A stretch of DNA of 63,528 nt, the filler included, from Choristocarpus tenellus KU-1152 (lineage: Eukaryota > Protista > Phaeophyceae): NCBI GenBank assembly GCA_964200185.2. It is 8 parts of 8 records of this genome, joined end to end, with 100 filler letters (N's around TTAATTAATTAA, not from the genome) between each part and the next. Parts side by side here need not be neighbours in the genome. Positions count along the whole stretch, not along the records: positions 45,929 to 49,498 come from CAXNAD020019197.1; positions 49,599 to 54,460 come from CAXNAD020012752.1; positions 54,561 to 63,528 come from CAXNAD020004153.1; 5 more parts are not named here. One strand, 5' to 3'. Shown here one piece after another: positions 45,972 to 58,600 of the stretch (within the stretch, counting starts at the first letter, position 1; every line of letters begins with the position of its first letter). The notes below the pieces were generated by a model. It saw only the letters and a list, made by a program, of their open reading frames with translations, searched no databases and had not been told where the DNA came from. Both the position numbers and the translations under genes were made by a program.

Positions 45972-48900
45972 ACTATCACAACTTTCATCGTACATGATTG
46001 TATTCTCAATTCCGGAAGTTTTCTGCCAACATGGATTACTCTGCCTCAGCCAGGTCAAATACATCCTGTAAGGTGCGGCAATCTCTAACCTTTGTGACTT
46101 TGCCATACTGTACTTCTCTAAACTCTGGCTATCCTGGCAATAGAGGAGTTCCTATTCATGGCAATTTGTCCAACTTAAGCCCCAACGGAACTACAAATAT
46201 CACCACATCAACCACATTTGCCCATTGTTCATCGTATTTGAACATCCCTGTCATTTTACCTTCCTTGGATGTGGTCCTGACCCAGCCAAAGACATTACTG
46301 AAAAACGAAGACAGAGTATACATAGTACACTCAATCATGGCATAGCTGCTGCCTCTATTCCAATATGCTTTGGAGCAAGAAAAGAGTACAAAATTGTCAG
46401 GTTCTTCTTATCATCTCACAGCATTAGTGGTGGCACCCTTGGTCAGCTTGAGGGTGTCGTAGTTTGTGGCATCTGACTTGCCCTCAGCAACACAACCGGT
46501 CTCTTCATGCATCCCTGCACCCCAACCGTGCCCTGAGCTTGGATCCCGACCTTCCCCTTGTGATTGGGACCCCCCCTGCCCACGGTCCTGGTTTTGTGCA
46601 TGTGAGGTAAGGAGTTGGGTTTCGTATAAACGGCCAATAAGAGTTAAGGGAAGGGAAAGGCGAGGCTTTTTGAAGAAGATGAATTTCAGTTTGGTAACCA
46701 ACGTCAGTGTTTGGCAATATATATTATGTGTCTTCACTTTAGTGTGAGGGGTCTCAGGTCCGTGTTGAAAGAGTACATGATGGGAGAGAAAAAAACAGTG
46801 TAGATTGAAGGATAAAATTAAATTGAAAATTCAGTGATTATAAGAATCGATGACAACGGTGTCTTTCTAATTATTTTATGGGAGCTGAGAGATGGAGTAG
46901 AAGGATAGCAAGTATACAGTGAAGAAGCCTGGATGCATATCCTTATTAGAAACTTATTTCAATTTGGATTGCAAGTGCAAGGATTTATCCAGCTAACCCT
47001 AACCCTAACCCTAACCCTAACCCATAACACACCTCCACTGCCTGCATAACCATGGTGATGGAAGCCGCTGGTATTGTGGTTGTTGTGACATCTGTCGTGA
47101 ATGAAGAACATACAGTTGAAACAAGTCAACAGAGGAAGCAAATGGCTTGGGTATTTAAAAGTAAAGCACATTGTTCTTAGACTTTTTTTGTTGGTGTGTG
47201 ATGCAAGCCGCTATACCGCAGATTCTATGCAGCAAGATTTTGTCACTTTTGTTTCATGATTGATCACAAAAATTGGTTACATGCCGCATCAGTGACAAGT
47301 CCCCAAACGTCACCTAGAGGCTACCTACCATTGCTTGTTCAACCACTGTACATTTGACCAGAACCTCGAGAAGCGTTGTATATGCTGCTGTCTCTGTGCC
47401 CTTTTTAGTACATTCTGCCCATTGAGATTTTGTACATTTCAGGGAAGACCCTCTTGTCGCCCACAATTCTTCCATACCAGGTATATTCTCTCTCCCTACA
47501 CATATGTGACGTGCACTGGTTTTGGTTGTACCTCCTCAATATCTCAACATCTCAGCCTCTCTCCATAGATGCAAGATGCCGACATCCTTCCAGTCGAGTG
47601 CAGAGAGGAGAGCCATACAAGTAATCTTTAATCATCTTAAAACTACTACAGTTTTCCTGCTACAGTTAACTTCCTTCTTATGGCTGTACAATATACAGCA
47701 ATGTTTAGAATATGACCAAATGCTTCAACTACTTATTGGAGTAACCTTTAACTGACCGTGGCAATACATATAAACCTACTCTTTCAAACTCCCTACCTGT
47801 CCCATTGCCACGTCGAATTGCTCTGCGCTTCCTTCTGCCTGAAACAATTAGCCAGATCCTCCTGGAGTCCGGAGCCCTATTTGAACTCTTTGCTCCCACT
47901 CCATCCCTGAAGACCTCTAGGTCCTGAGTCGAATTTCAAGCAAGATCGTACAGGAAGTTGGTAGGTGGGGCATACAGAGAGTGGGTTATAGGTGTGTTGA
48001 GCAGCCTGTGCAACAGATTGATGTTGGGTCTGGGGTAACCCTCCCTTGCCAAGAAAGAAAATGGTCGTGCACGGTGACCATACCTGCGTGTGATGTTGTG
48101 GAGTTTGACGCTGTTTTGTTCCTCATGTTAGCTTGAGATGAGGTAAGGGTGTTAAGAGTGGCATTAAGGAGAAGGGTGAGAGAGGATTGAGGGCTGGAGT
48201 CCATGCTCGTTTAGCTTGTGGTGCCTCAGTCTAGGGTTGGGTCTTGAGGATAGGGTAACCACTGTCATTGAGGTGGCATAGGCACATCTGCCAACAAAGA
48301 AGATCAATACAATGTTTCTGTAACTACGATATGAACTTGTTGAGCAACAAGTCTTCGTAGGGTTAGAAATTCTGTTTGATACTAGTGAAAGTACAAACCA
48401 GTCAGATTCATCTTGTACGAACAACACTCATTCATGTACTGTGACGAAATATCTGGCACCATTGTTAACAACCATGGTACAAACTACAAAATCTCGAGCA
48501 CGTTAGTCATTGGGCTCTATCACACTACTTGACAATGAGTGATGAGACTGTGCAAATTGTACTGCATTTCATGCTTGACCCGCCCCATCCATGCTGAGTG
48601 CAACGAGTCAAACCCACTTTGATACGTTGCTTTTCTTCTCTGTTGGTTGTCTTGAACTCGAATCAATCGTATTGTTCTTGTTTATGTGTATGTGTTCAGT
48701 AAGTATGGATTTGTTCATGTGTAGAAAAACCAAAAGACTCAGTTGGTAATAAAGTGTGTACAAAGACAGCTGTTGGTCAGTTGTGACTGTTTTTTCAGTC
48801 AGGGTTCCTAGCAACGCCCTCGAGTTTTGAACATTCCCAGACCGAACATCAAGAGGACATGATCGAATATGCAGGGAAACAACAGGTGCTCGGCTGACTC

Positions 48901-49313
48901 ATGTCTGTAGATGCATGGTACAATTACTTATCACACTGTTGGTGAGGCCGACTCTTGGTTGCAGAGAGGGGCCATCAAACTCATTGGGGAGTGGCTGTGT
49001 ACATGATGATTTGGTTGACCCTGTGCGAACATTGTACCCTCTGTGAAGGCGCATTCCGTGCGGTTGAACTCTAGTAAGTGGGGAGTGGACTCATGCCTGG
49101 CCCAATGAAGATACTTGAGTAGAGATTAATCGAAGAGTAGATCTGATGGTGCCTGTTGGAACAAGGGAAGTTAATTGGATTTTGCTCTCATGCATGTGAA
49201 ACTTTCTTGACTGATGGCGCAGTAGTACAATCAAATTTCTAAAAATCTCAGCAGAGCTTGTTCCCTGCCACCTTTAGAAGAATATTGATGAATTGCTCGT
49301 TTGTGTATGTAGA

Positions 49314-49493
49314 GGCTCAAAGTATCTGGGAGGGGGTGGCGGCTGTCCATTTGGGGTCAATGTTTTTATGTCGCGATTTTGGGGTGATTTGGTTACATAT
49401 ATCGGATGGATACTGTAAATGCACCTTTCCTGATTTTGGTTCAAATGGACACCCTGGTGTAGACCCCCCTTCCCCTCCCAGATACTTTGGGTC
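49314..49493. mobile_element. MITE subfamily A
   Basis: GGCTCAAAGTATCT...AGATACTTTGGGTC with AGA TSD. Ends 5 nt before the contig break. Confidence 0.93.
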
Positions 49494-49668
49494 AGACANN
49501 NNNNNNNNNNNNNNNNNNNNNNNNNNNNNNNNNNNNNNNNNNTTAATTAATTAANNNNNNNNNNNNNNNNNNNNNNNNNNNNNNNNNNNNNNNNNNNNTT
49601 TTTTTTTTTTTTTTTCCCCTTGCGGGGGTGTTTTGTTTTTTTTTTTTTGTCTTCTTTTCCCCCCCCTT

Positions 49669-49699
<31 letters not shown>

Positions 49700-49723
49700 T
49701 CCCTCTGCTTACCACCTTTCAAG

Positions 49724-50886
49724 TCCACATCTTCGTGCACAAGGAACATCCCTACCACTTCCTCCCCTCAGACGGGTGGATGGCTCAGTACTTCTTCACA
49801 GGCGGCACGATGGGCTCAGATGACCTGCTACTATATTTCCAGGTGGGCTGATAATTCTGAGATACTCATCGTATTGTGCATGGTCTCTCCTAGAGCAGCT
49901 TGCGGATGCTGTACTTGCAGCATTGCCGTGAGATAGATTGGAAATATTTGTCACTGGTTCAGAGCATCAGGTCCTCCTGCGCGGTCTTCAATACACCCCT
50001 TGGTGTGATGTCTTTTGGATAAAATTTTACATTGTATTTTTAGGGGGATCAACGCCCGGGTCAAGCTACAGGATCTTCTTGGGCAAGTGTGTATTGAAGG
50101 GTCGTCTTGAGGTGTAAATGCTTGGACTTGACAGCGAAGTTAAGCTTCTGTGCAAGTGGTGATCAATATTTGGTAGGGCTTGCTGCAATTCTCGCCCTGA
50201 CCCAGTAGCAGCAATGGCAGCCGGGACGTCAATAAATTCTGTTCAAAAAAAATAAAAATGAGAGTTTGCGGAAGAGTCGCCTTGGCTTCCCCACCCGGAG
50301 GTTCTTTGTGAGCGCTAGGCAGGTAATGGACTTAATACGTACTCTCAACTCATCTCATCTCACACAGTGTAATATATTGTGCATCAGGGGGCCTTTCCCC
50401 TCTTCTCAACTGTTGACTTAACTTATTTTTTTCTAAGTGAAAGGAGTCTCAAGAAGCATGGATTCGACCAGGTGGGAACATGTACTCTACCGTACGGATG
50501 CACCTGCAATATTTTTAGGCGACTCTGTGTCTTGTTGGTTCCAAAGTACAAAAATCAAGTACCAAGTACCAAGTACTACGAAGTGCCTGGTACAGGTACA
50601 AGTAATGGCCCTGGGCACAGTTCGGACACGTTTCTATTTAAAAACAGGATGGCCTTCATCAAGTTTATACTGGTGAACCATAAATGCTTACACGGTCTCC
50701 TTCCTCTCCAACCCCTTATCTCTTGCCTGTTGGGTATATTATTTTTATTTGCAGGATCATCTCCGAATTGAAGGGCACTGGAGGGTGAACGGCACTCACT
50801 ATGCAAGGACATCAGAGGCCTGGCTGAAGCAGATTGACAGTAGTAAAGAGGAGATCCTTCCCATCCTCAGTGACATATACGGAAAG
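49724..50886 (+). CDS. Two internal exons of a SAM-dependent methyltransferase, coclaurine N-methyltransferase-like / CFA synthase (CMAS) family
   Basis: Exons 49724-49842 (HIFVHKEHPYHF..DGWMAQYFFTGGTMGSDDLLLYFQ) and 50755-50886 (DHLRIEGHWRVNGTHYARTSEAWLKQID...ILPILSDIYGK) match family motifs. Flanking exons not located. Confidence 0.88.
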
Positions 50887-50895
50887 GTGGGCAGA

Positions 50896-51147
50896 GGGTG
50901 AAAGTATCTTAGAGGGTAGGAGTTTTGACCTCTTTGTCCGTTTGGGATTTGGCTTCCCACGGACTTTCTTTTATGACAACTTACCTGTTTTGGAGTAAGT
51001 AAAATGTATACATTATGAAAAGGTGTGTCTGGAACAAGGATATTGACACTCCCTAACAGACACGATAGCATAAGTTATATTCAAGTCGCAGCGTTGGATT
51101 TTGTCACCGAAACGAACATGACTCTACCCTCTAAGATACTTTGACTC
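50896..51147. mobile_element. MITE subfamily B, 10 nt downstream of a splice donor
   Basis: GGGTGAAAGTATCT...AGATACTTTGACTC. Flanks AGA/AGG. Confidence 0.9.
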
Positions 51148-51894
51148 AGGGTAATGGTACTAGATCTGCATGGTACACAGATGATTTTGGTGTGTGTGTG
51201 TGGGGGGGGGGGTAGACAGAGGGAGAGGTTTGGAGGTCTGAGGAGACTGTAGCTTTATTGTGCTTTTGAGATGGAAAAAAATAAATCTACGGTATCCGAG
51301 TTGCTTTGAATCATGTCCTTACTAATTCAACCTACTGGAATGTGTTTGTTTTTTCTTCACTCAAGTATGCCTGAAACATCAACATGTAGATGGTATAGAC
51401 TGTGTGTGCCTGATTGTTTAAGGATGTGAATAGTGCCTGAATGAAATGTATGTGTGTGTGTGTTTTTTGTTTTTTGTTTTTTTTAGGGAGTACTTGGTAG
51501 CGTCGAAGTAGCCTTGCGATTCTTTTTTGATGTTTTTTTTTTACAGGATTAGAAGACAGGTAGAGGTGGGCATCCTTAGTCTGATCTGGTCACACAGCAT
51601 TGTTCATGGCACTGATATGTTTTTGTTGAAGTTGGGTCAGACATATGGAGGCTTGGCCTTGCATTGTGGTGTATATCTAACCCCTCTCTCCAACACGCAA
51701 TAGGAGTCATTGGGGATTTAGATTTCTCTATGGCTTATGGCATTGAGAACTGGCTGATCGGAAGGCAACAGAAATGTGTGATCTTGTGAACGACCAACTT
51801 CAACTCAACAGGAATATATTTCTTCGCCATAAAGAGATGATATTATGTACAATACACCCTTTTTAAGGCAGTGATGCACTAGGTCCCATTCCCC

Positions 51895-53720
51895 TCACCT
51901 ACCCTCCCCCTGGAACATCCTCTTGTCTCCATGTCCGGTTGGAGAAACAGGGGAGTCAGCTAAAGTGGTTTGTGTACTGGCGCCTGTTCTTCCTCGCCTG
52001 TGCAGAACTGTTCCGATATGAGAATGGAGAGCAGTGGATGGTGTCCCACTACTTGTTTGCCAAGAGCTGATGTTGATTGCCTCCGTCATTTGACTAGCAA
52101 TTTGTTGGTAAGGAGAGGAGTTGGTCGTTTCGTTGTAAGCCATTTTGCATTTGCGATGAGGATGGATATATGCTACTGGTATCTGTATGGTGCCATTTGT
52201 GAAGTAGTAAAAGGTTTGGTATGTACAGGGAAAAGGCCGACTCAATATTTCGAATAGGTGGTGTAAGGTATATTTGATTGGGTAGGCGGCAGGCATACTG
52301 GATATGCATTAGTGGGCAGACTGTGTGAGATGTAGTGTGCCAGGTTTTTGTGTTTGCTGTGCTAGAAGATACGACCAGAGAGACTCCTTTCCATGGCCTG
52401 TGTTTTTGTTGATGCCTTGCTGATTCTAGAGTTGCCATGAAACAATCGCCTTGCTTCTAAAGAGGTAGATTCTGGACATCAGCATGCTGCTTTGTGTGTG
52501 TACTTGGGCCACTGCTTAGAAACAGTACGTTTTGTTTGGTATTGTGTAACGAGCCTTCAGTTTTGTTGTTTACAATAGGAGAGCTATCTGACCTGTTGTT
52601 TGTTGACGTCCCTTCAATGTTTTTGACTTGGTCCAGGTACTGTTTCAGAGGACTGCCTCACTCTTGAGTTGTAAGGATAGTGCTTTTCCTGCTCACCGAG
52701 AGCATTTTTTCAGGGACCTAGAGCATCATTCCATGTTCATGTTGAAGTTTGAAATATACCATACATGACTCTCCTCAACTCAACTCTTGCGTACAAGTAG
52801 GAATTATTCTATTTGGGGTGGGAAATCCCCACCGTACTATTGTTGGACGGTAGCCAGGCAGTTCAGCAGTAGAACTCTAGTGGGAGTTACAATTTAGTTG
52901 CACCTGATGTGCCTGTGGACTATGAGCGCATTTGAGGAGTGAAACAAGCTGATACACCAAGTGAACAACTACTTTGTAAACTATGAAGTCATAGTATACA
53001 TGTGATCGCAGAGTGCACTACTGGTGTGTATTCTTTAACCTACTTTGAAACCACTTAACTATTTTCCCAGAAGAACACTGTGGCCTGCTCAACAGATCGG
53101 TCTTTGTCAGCAAGGCAATCCAACATTAATTTTGATTGGGAGTATCATGGTAAAATTTAGTATTATGATTTTGGTACTGTACAACTCACTCACTCATTCC
53201 ACGAGAAATAATGCGTTGTTGAGTTGTAATTTGATTATGATAACCAATCCCTTTATGAAAACGCTAGAGATAGCTGGATTATTTGAAGCAAGGTTAAATT
53301 TGCAGGATATTCAAGTTGATGAAAACCTTTGTCTCTCTACTGAACATATCAAATACGTAACAGGAAGTTGAGGGTTGGTTATCAGCTTCTTTGAGGTGGG
53401 TTTCGCGTCTAAGTTCCTCATTCCAGTCTGTTTTAGTGTAGAGGAGTCTCAGAACTAGTGTGTACTGATTGATGTTTTATGTAGGGATGGAACATATAAG
53501 AATCTCCTGATGTTTTCTTGGTATGTGGGTGACTCTTCAGGAGAAACCCTGAACCTTTTTGAACCCAGTTCAAAATTTCCCAGAATTGAATTTTTTGTTG
53601 GTTGTGTTTTGTCAGAAATGACTGAAATTGTTTTTTTATACGACTAGTTTGTTGGTGGTGGTGATCTTGATGAAATGAGTTCATATGTCGTGAGGCATCG
53701 TGCGCGTGTGTGTGATCTGT
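51895..53720 (-). mobile_element. Possible highly decayed Penelope-like retroelement remnant
   Basis: Only scattered weak motifs in the expected order: WVQKGSGF, LADKD, and a GIY-YIG-like VAYIHPHRKCKMAYNETT...ALHSH. No RT core visible. Confidence 0.25.
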
Positions 53721-53787
53721 TGGCATTTTATATTTTATATTTAGGGCTTGTCATAACCCCTCTGACTCAGTATCAATTATGGTAGTC

Positions 53788-53990
53788 CTCCCCCTGGGTG
53801 CAGGAGTAGTTAATTTGGAGGCACAGGAAGGCAGTAGTACAGCATTGGTAGTGGTGAAGTAACAAATAGATAGGTGTTTTTCACATTTATGATATTTTAT
53901 TTCTTTAGGGCTCCTACTGACATGTGTATAGTTTTCGTTTGTTTCTCCCCTGGCACATCTATAAAATATCGGAGGGCATAATAATATCAA
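53788..53990 (+). mobile_element. 3' UTR fragment of the CRE-like element
   Basis: Collinear with 32231-32423 (CCCCTGGGTGCAGGAGTAG...GGAGGGCATAATAATA). Confidence 0.8.
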
Positions 53991-54414
53991 TTATGGTGGT
54001 TGTTGTTGATATTATATTTCTTAATTTATATTCTGGAAAAAACAAAATTGACAAATAATTTGTAAATTCGTTTTTTGGCGTCACCCTTTCTTCGTGTTAT
54101 ACCACCCTTTTTGTGGCAATTGGTGGTTTGGAAGTGATTTGTGCCCATCAGAGATTTATGGTGGAATGAGGGGGGTGGGTGAGGTTGTTTGACTAGATGT
54201 TGAATGTTCATCTCATCCTAGGACGTTCAGAAAATGATTTCAAAGAAAGCATATTCAGGAAAGGTGAAAAAAATCCAATTCTGTGTAAGACTCAATATAA
54301 TGATTCTCAACACGGTCATGATCTTTTACCTTAAAGAATACATGTGAGATACAACATAATGAAATAATATGAGGGTCTAGTACAAAAGGAGGGTTAGAGA
54401 AGGGCATACTTCGT

Positions 54415-54591
54415 GACCCAAAGTATCTGGGGGGGGGGGGGGGGGGGGATCTGCACCAGGNNNNNNNNNNNNNNNNNNNNNNNNNNNNNNNNNNNNNNNN
54501 NNNNTTAATTAATTAANNNNNNNNNNNNNNNNNNNNNNNNNNNNNNNNNNNNNNNNNNNNCCCACCCCACCCCCTCCAGATACTTTGGGTC
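54415..54591. mobile_element. Two separate MITE termini on either side of a spacer (54415-54460 and 54561-54591)
   Basis: GACCCAAAGTATCTG(G)n... and ...CAGATACTTTGGGTC. Outer trinucleotides CGT and CCA differ. Confidence 0.8.
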
Positions 54592-55680
54592 CCAACCAAT
54601 TTCAATGTTGCACATAGTACACTCTCATTGGTCAGTTCAAATACCACAGTGAGCTTTCTCGTTCGGTTTGATGATCAAAACAAGTCAGAGGGGAGCTAAG
54701 GAGGATCAAAACAAGACTTCAAATTTCTGTTCAGAGGCCTTCCACAACAAGACTTGTCTCAGCCCATTGATGAAAAGATTCCTGAGATTGCCAAAAGAAA
54801 AAATAAGACGCTTGGGGAAAGGAGGGCAGCAATCACGGAAGTCCTTCAAGGCACCAAAAAACAGACCCTTGATCACCAACAAAGGCACACTCACCAACAT
54901 CTTACTCACACTTTACACCTCCCTAATGGGTTAGGGTTAGGGTTACAAAGTAAGAAGAAAAAACCATACCAGAGTACAACAAAGCACACAAAAGGTGCCA
55001 AGTACTTCTCAAATGTCCTTTCTTTTTCCAGACATTAAAAAAAAAAACTTACACTTCCGGACAGAGGTGGTAAAAAACAAAAAAATGTTAATTCTTAGAG
55101 GAGGGAAAGTTGAACAGGAGAACAAAACATTTCAAGGATACACTTGCAGACTTAGGGTTAGGATTAGGGTTCCCTCTGGGAGGAATCAACTCGATGGCAA
55201 GAAAAGAATAATTTTAATTTAAAATCAGAGGATAAGCAGGTTACTTCCTCCAGGATAGCTGAACGTATGTCTCACACCATAATTTTGAGGATAATACATA
55301 ATTTTGAGGATAATTTTGAGGATCCCTTGAATTGAACAATTGACTTGAATTGAACAATTGACCCTAAGACAGAAAAGAAAGGATTTCGTAAACCACGCTA
55401 CTATATAATACATAGTAGGAGAAAATCCTTAGAAATATACACACATACACAGAATTTTTTCCTGAGTATCACAAAGGAGGGAATTACCCCAAGAAAAGGG
55501 TCCTCCAATGTTTCATAAAAAGATGGAAATTATGAGTTGAATAACCCCCCCTTTTTCTTCTCATCCAGATCAGCTTCCTGTCAACTCCTTCCTAGGAATC
55601 CAGTTGGAAAAAAATATCACAAGGTGCAGTAAGAACAGATCATAGGCAGCAATCCTAACCCTCAGCACTATGACACTTGC

Positions 55681-58600
55681 CTTGAAACAATCAACTGTGT
55701 GCCAGTTGGCATCTGTACTAGGAGGTAGGAGCATGGGCTCACTGAGGAATCGGCGGTTCCTCCCACCCAGTTTTCCCAAAAGTCTGAGGGCGATAGTTCC
55801 ATAGGGGAACGGGGCTGGGCGAAGGTTGTCACACAGAGCTGTCATCACATCTGACAGCACCTTCACACACACAGGCAGAACACACACACACACACACACA
55901 CAAAACATGTTTTTCAAGATGAAAAGAGGCACAATTGTGACGTACAATACTAAAAATGGATAGCTAGGGCAAACAAGGATCAAGGTTTTTTTTTAGTTTC
56001 TCACAATATGTGTTTACATGTGTATGTCTGAAAAAAAACACATAATAGTTTCACAAAGTACAAAATGCCCTATCAATGTCGATATCAATGTCAATATCAA
56101 TGTCGATATCAATTTCGATATCAATTTCGATATCAATGTCAATATCAATTTCGATATCAATGTCAATATCAATGTCGATATCAACGTCCATATCAATGTC
56201 GATACCAATGTCAATATCAATGTCAATATCAATGTCAATATCAATGTCAATATCAACGTCCATATCAATGTCAATACCAATGTCAATATCAATGTCAATA
56301 TCAATGTTGATATCAATGTCAATATCAATGTCAATATCAATGTCGATACCAATGTCAATATATCTTAGAGAAGCTGAACGGAGTGACTCCAACCTCTTCA
56401 TCATTTCACAAAAAAAAACTGAAGGTTTAGGGTTAGTGTTAGGGTTAGGGTTTAAGAGAGGATTTATTCCATCATGCCTGCTCTCTACAAGGGTCAACAC
56501 TATCGACAACTTACTCCATACGACAACCCCTTCTTATGACACCCTTTCCCAGTGATTGAGGCTAGTACAGTACATACACTAGTACCTTTGAATCATGGCT
56601 CATCACCCGGTACAGGTAATCTGGGTTGAGGTTATCCACCCAAAATTCCAGTGTTCGCAGTGCTAGTCCACCCAGGTCCCCCCTGCACCTCAAGGCATAC
56701 ACCATAAGGCGCATCATCAATGGAAGATGAGGTAGGAGAGATGCAAGCCTCGCAGGCACTGTTAAGCACAGTTCGACCAAGATGTTCTTGATGTTGGTCT
56801 CTTCAGAGCGGTGATGTAGCTTGCTCAGTTCTGTGAGAAGCAGGGGAAGTAGAGGCAATATCTCCTACAATAAACATGAGTGTAACAGCAGGGAGTGTGA
56901 TGGGATCAGTAGAGGGCTGAAGGGGTCGGAGGGGGACTGGGGGAAGGGAAAGTAGAGATGAACCCCAAACGACAGAGATCAGGTACAGGTTAGTAGTACA
57001 GGTTAGTAGTACAGGTTAGTAGTACAGGGGCAGTACTGGCATTTGACAAAGGAGTTAAAGAGAAGGGAGAGTCACAGTCACAGATACCCCAGTAACACCA
57101 GAAAGATGGCGTATTCATGCCGATACAGAATAAATTACACTTCAAAGTTCTTCCCTTACAGAAAGGCTAACGGTGGTTCTACAGAAATACAGTACAACCA
57201 AAAGCGTCTTGTACTTCCAGTCCATTGACCACTACCTCTCACATACACCACTAACTACCAATAAACTATCTTCTACTCCAAACATATCCCTCTTCACCTT
57301 TGGTACCCACAAGTACCCCCACCAAGGTACATCATTTCTGAAAGTACTCAATACCACCAGTGCAACCTCCCTCACCTTTCATACCCTATAATCCTACTCC
57401 TTAACAAAGTAGAGTACTTCCAAAAGTACCTTGCACAGCCATTCTAAATACACCCTTCCTCGCCCACCTCACTCAAAACTTTCTCGCCTACAAAGAAGGC
57501 AACATGTTTATGCAGTAGCCTTCCGCCTTCCACTGCCAAACACTACCCAGTACTAAGTACCAAGTACCAAGTACCAAGTACCAAGCACAAAGTACAACGT
57601 ACCAAGTACCAGGTACCAGGTACCAGGTACCAGGTACAGTACTTCTGAATGATACGGAAGCACTCAGTACCAACCTGTGCCAACACGAACAAGACCATGC
57701 TCCAAAAAGCAACATTTCACCGACACAATCGCCTGTATCCCTGCAAACCCCTCTCCCCCCTCAATTATGCAAACATCACTATTATCAGAGTGATAGAGTT
57801 TAATTAACATCATCTACCATTATTCACAACACACTTCAAAATAGTAACAAGATTATTCAATCACCTTGTAGCTCTGCTCAAACTTCCCACCCGAAATGCT
57901 CCTGAAAAGTGCCCTCAGCAAGAAGTAGTAATTCACAGGGTCCTTGAACCTCGTGGTGTACCTTAGACAGGACAGGATCAGAGTTTGCAGGTGCGGCCTG
58001 AGCACACGCTCATTCTTTGGAAACAGTGTCACACTCCCAAACACCACCTTGAACAGGCGGAGCAGCACTAGTGCCTTCAAGTTGACCTTGCCCTCACGGT
58101 CCCTCTCCTGCACACAGTGCATTTACAAGGTAACCAGGAATTAAGACAAGTGGGGGAAAGGGAGTCTTCAGTCTTCAGCCATAGCAGGGGGGCAAGGGGG
58201 TGTGTGTGAAAGGAGTACAGACAAGTCAAGCAAGGAAAAGGAGAGGGTGAAAACAAGTTAAAACACATGATGCTAAGGGTAGCATCTCAAATCAGAGCAG
58301 GCTGTGTGAGGAGGGCACAATAAGGGGAGGAGGGCGCATGTTGGCAACAAGTCTATCTTAGAAACATCGAAAAAAAGGATGTTTTTCACTGAGGTCAGTC
58401 TATCCTGGATACATGGACCACTGACCATCACTGAACTACCAGTAAGAAGTGGAAGTTGTAACTAAACCAACTAACCCTAACCCTAACCAACTAAACCAAC
58501 TAAACCAACTACTGGCGTCGCAAATCAAAATTTGAATCTTTTTGGAGAACTACAATCATACGTAAAAGCTCCGATGTAGTCAATTACAGTCAAAACAAAC

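Noticed and set aside
46993-47023. True telomere
   Set aside because: Only ~5 units, internal to a contig, and one of many short interstitial tracts.
45972-49300. Possible exons or a decayed gag-like frame in this contig
   Set aside because: Candidate AG/GT-bounded segments give no recognisable protein, and the minus frame at ~46020-46520 has several stops.
27011-54560. Recurring palindrome TTAATTAATTAA as a biological motif, and apparent clustering of EF-hand, TPR, BTB-TLDc, methyltransferase and TRRAP genes as a system
   Set aside because: The 12-mer sits centrally in fixed 100-nt N spacers and is an artificial six-frame stop linker. The genes are on unrelated contigs.
54415-54591. A single MITE spanning the spacer, implying the two contigs are truly adjacent
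   Set aside because: Outer trinucleotides (CGT and CCA) do not form a TSD.
56014-56555. Five overlapping ORFs (DIDID, SISMS, YQCQ etc.)
   Set aside because: Translations of a hexamer satellite within a TRRAP intron; no evidence of coding.
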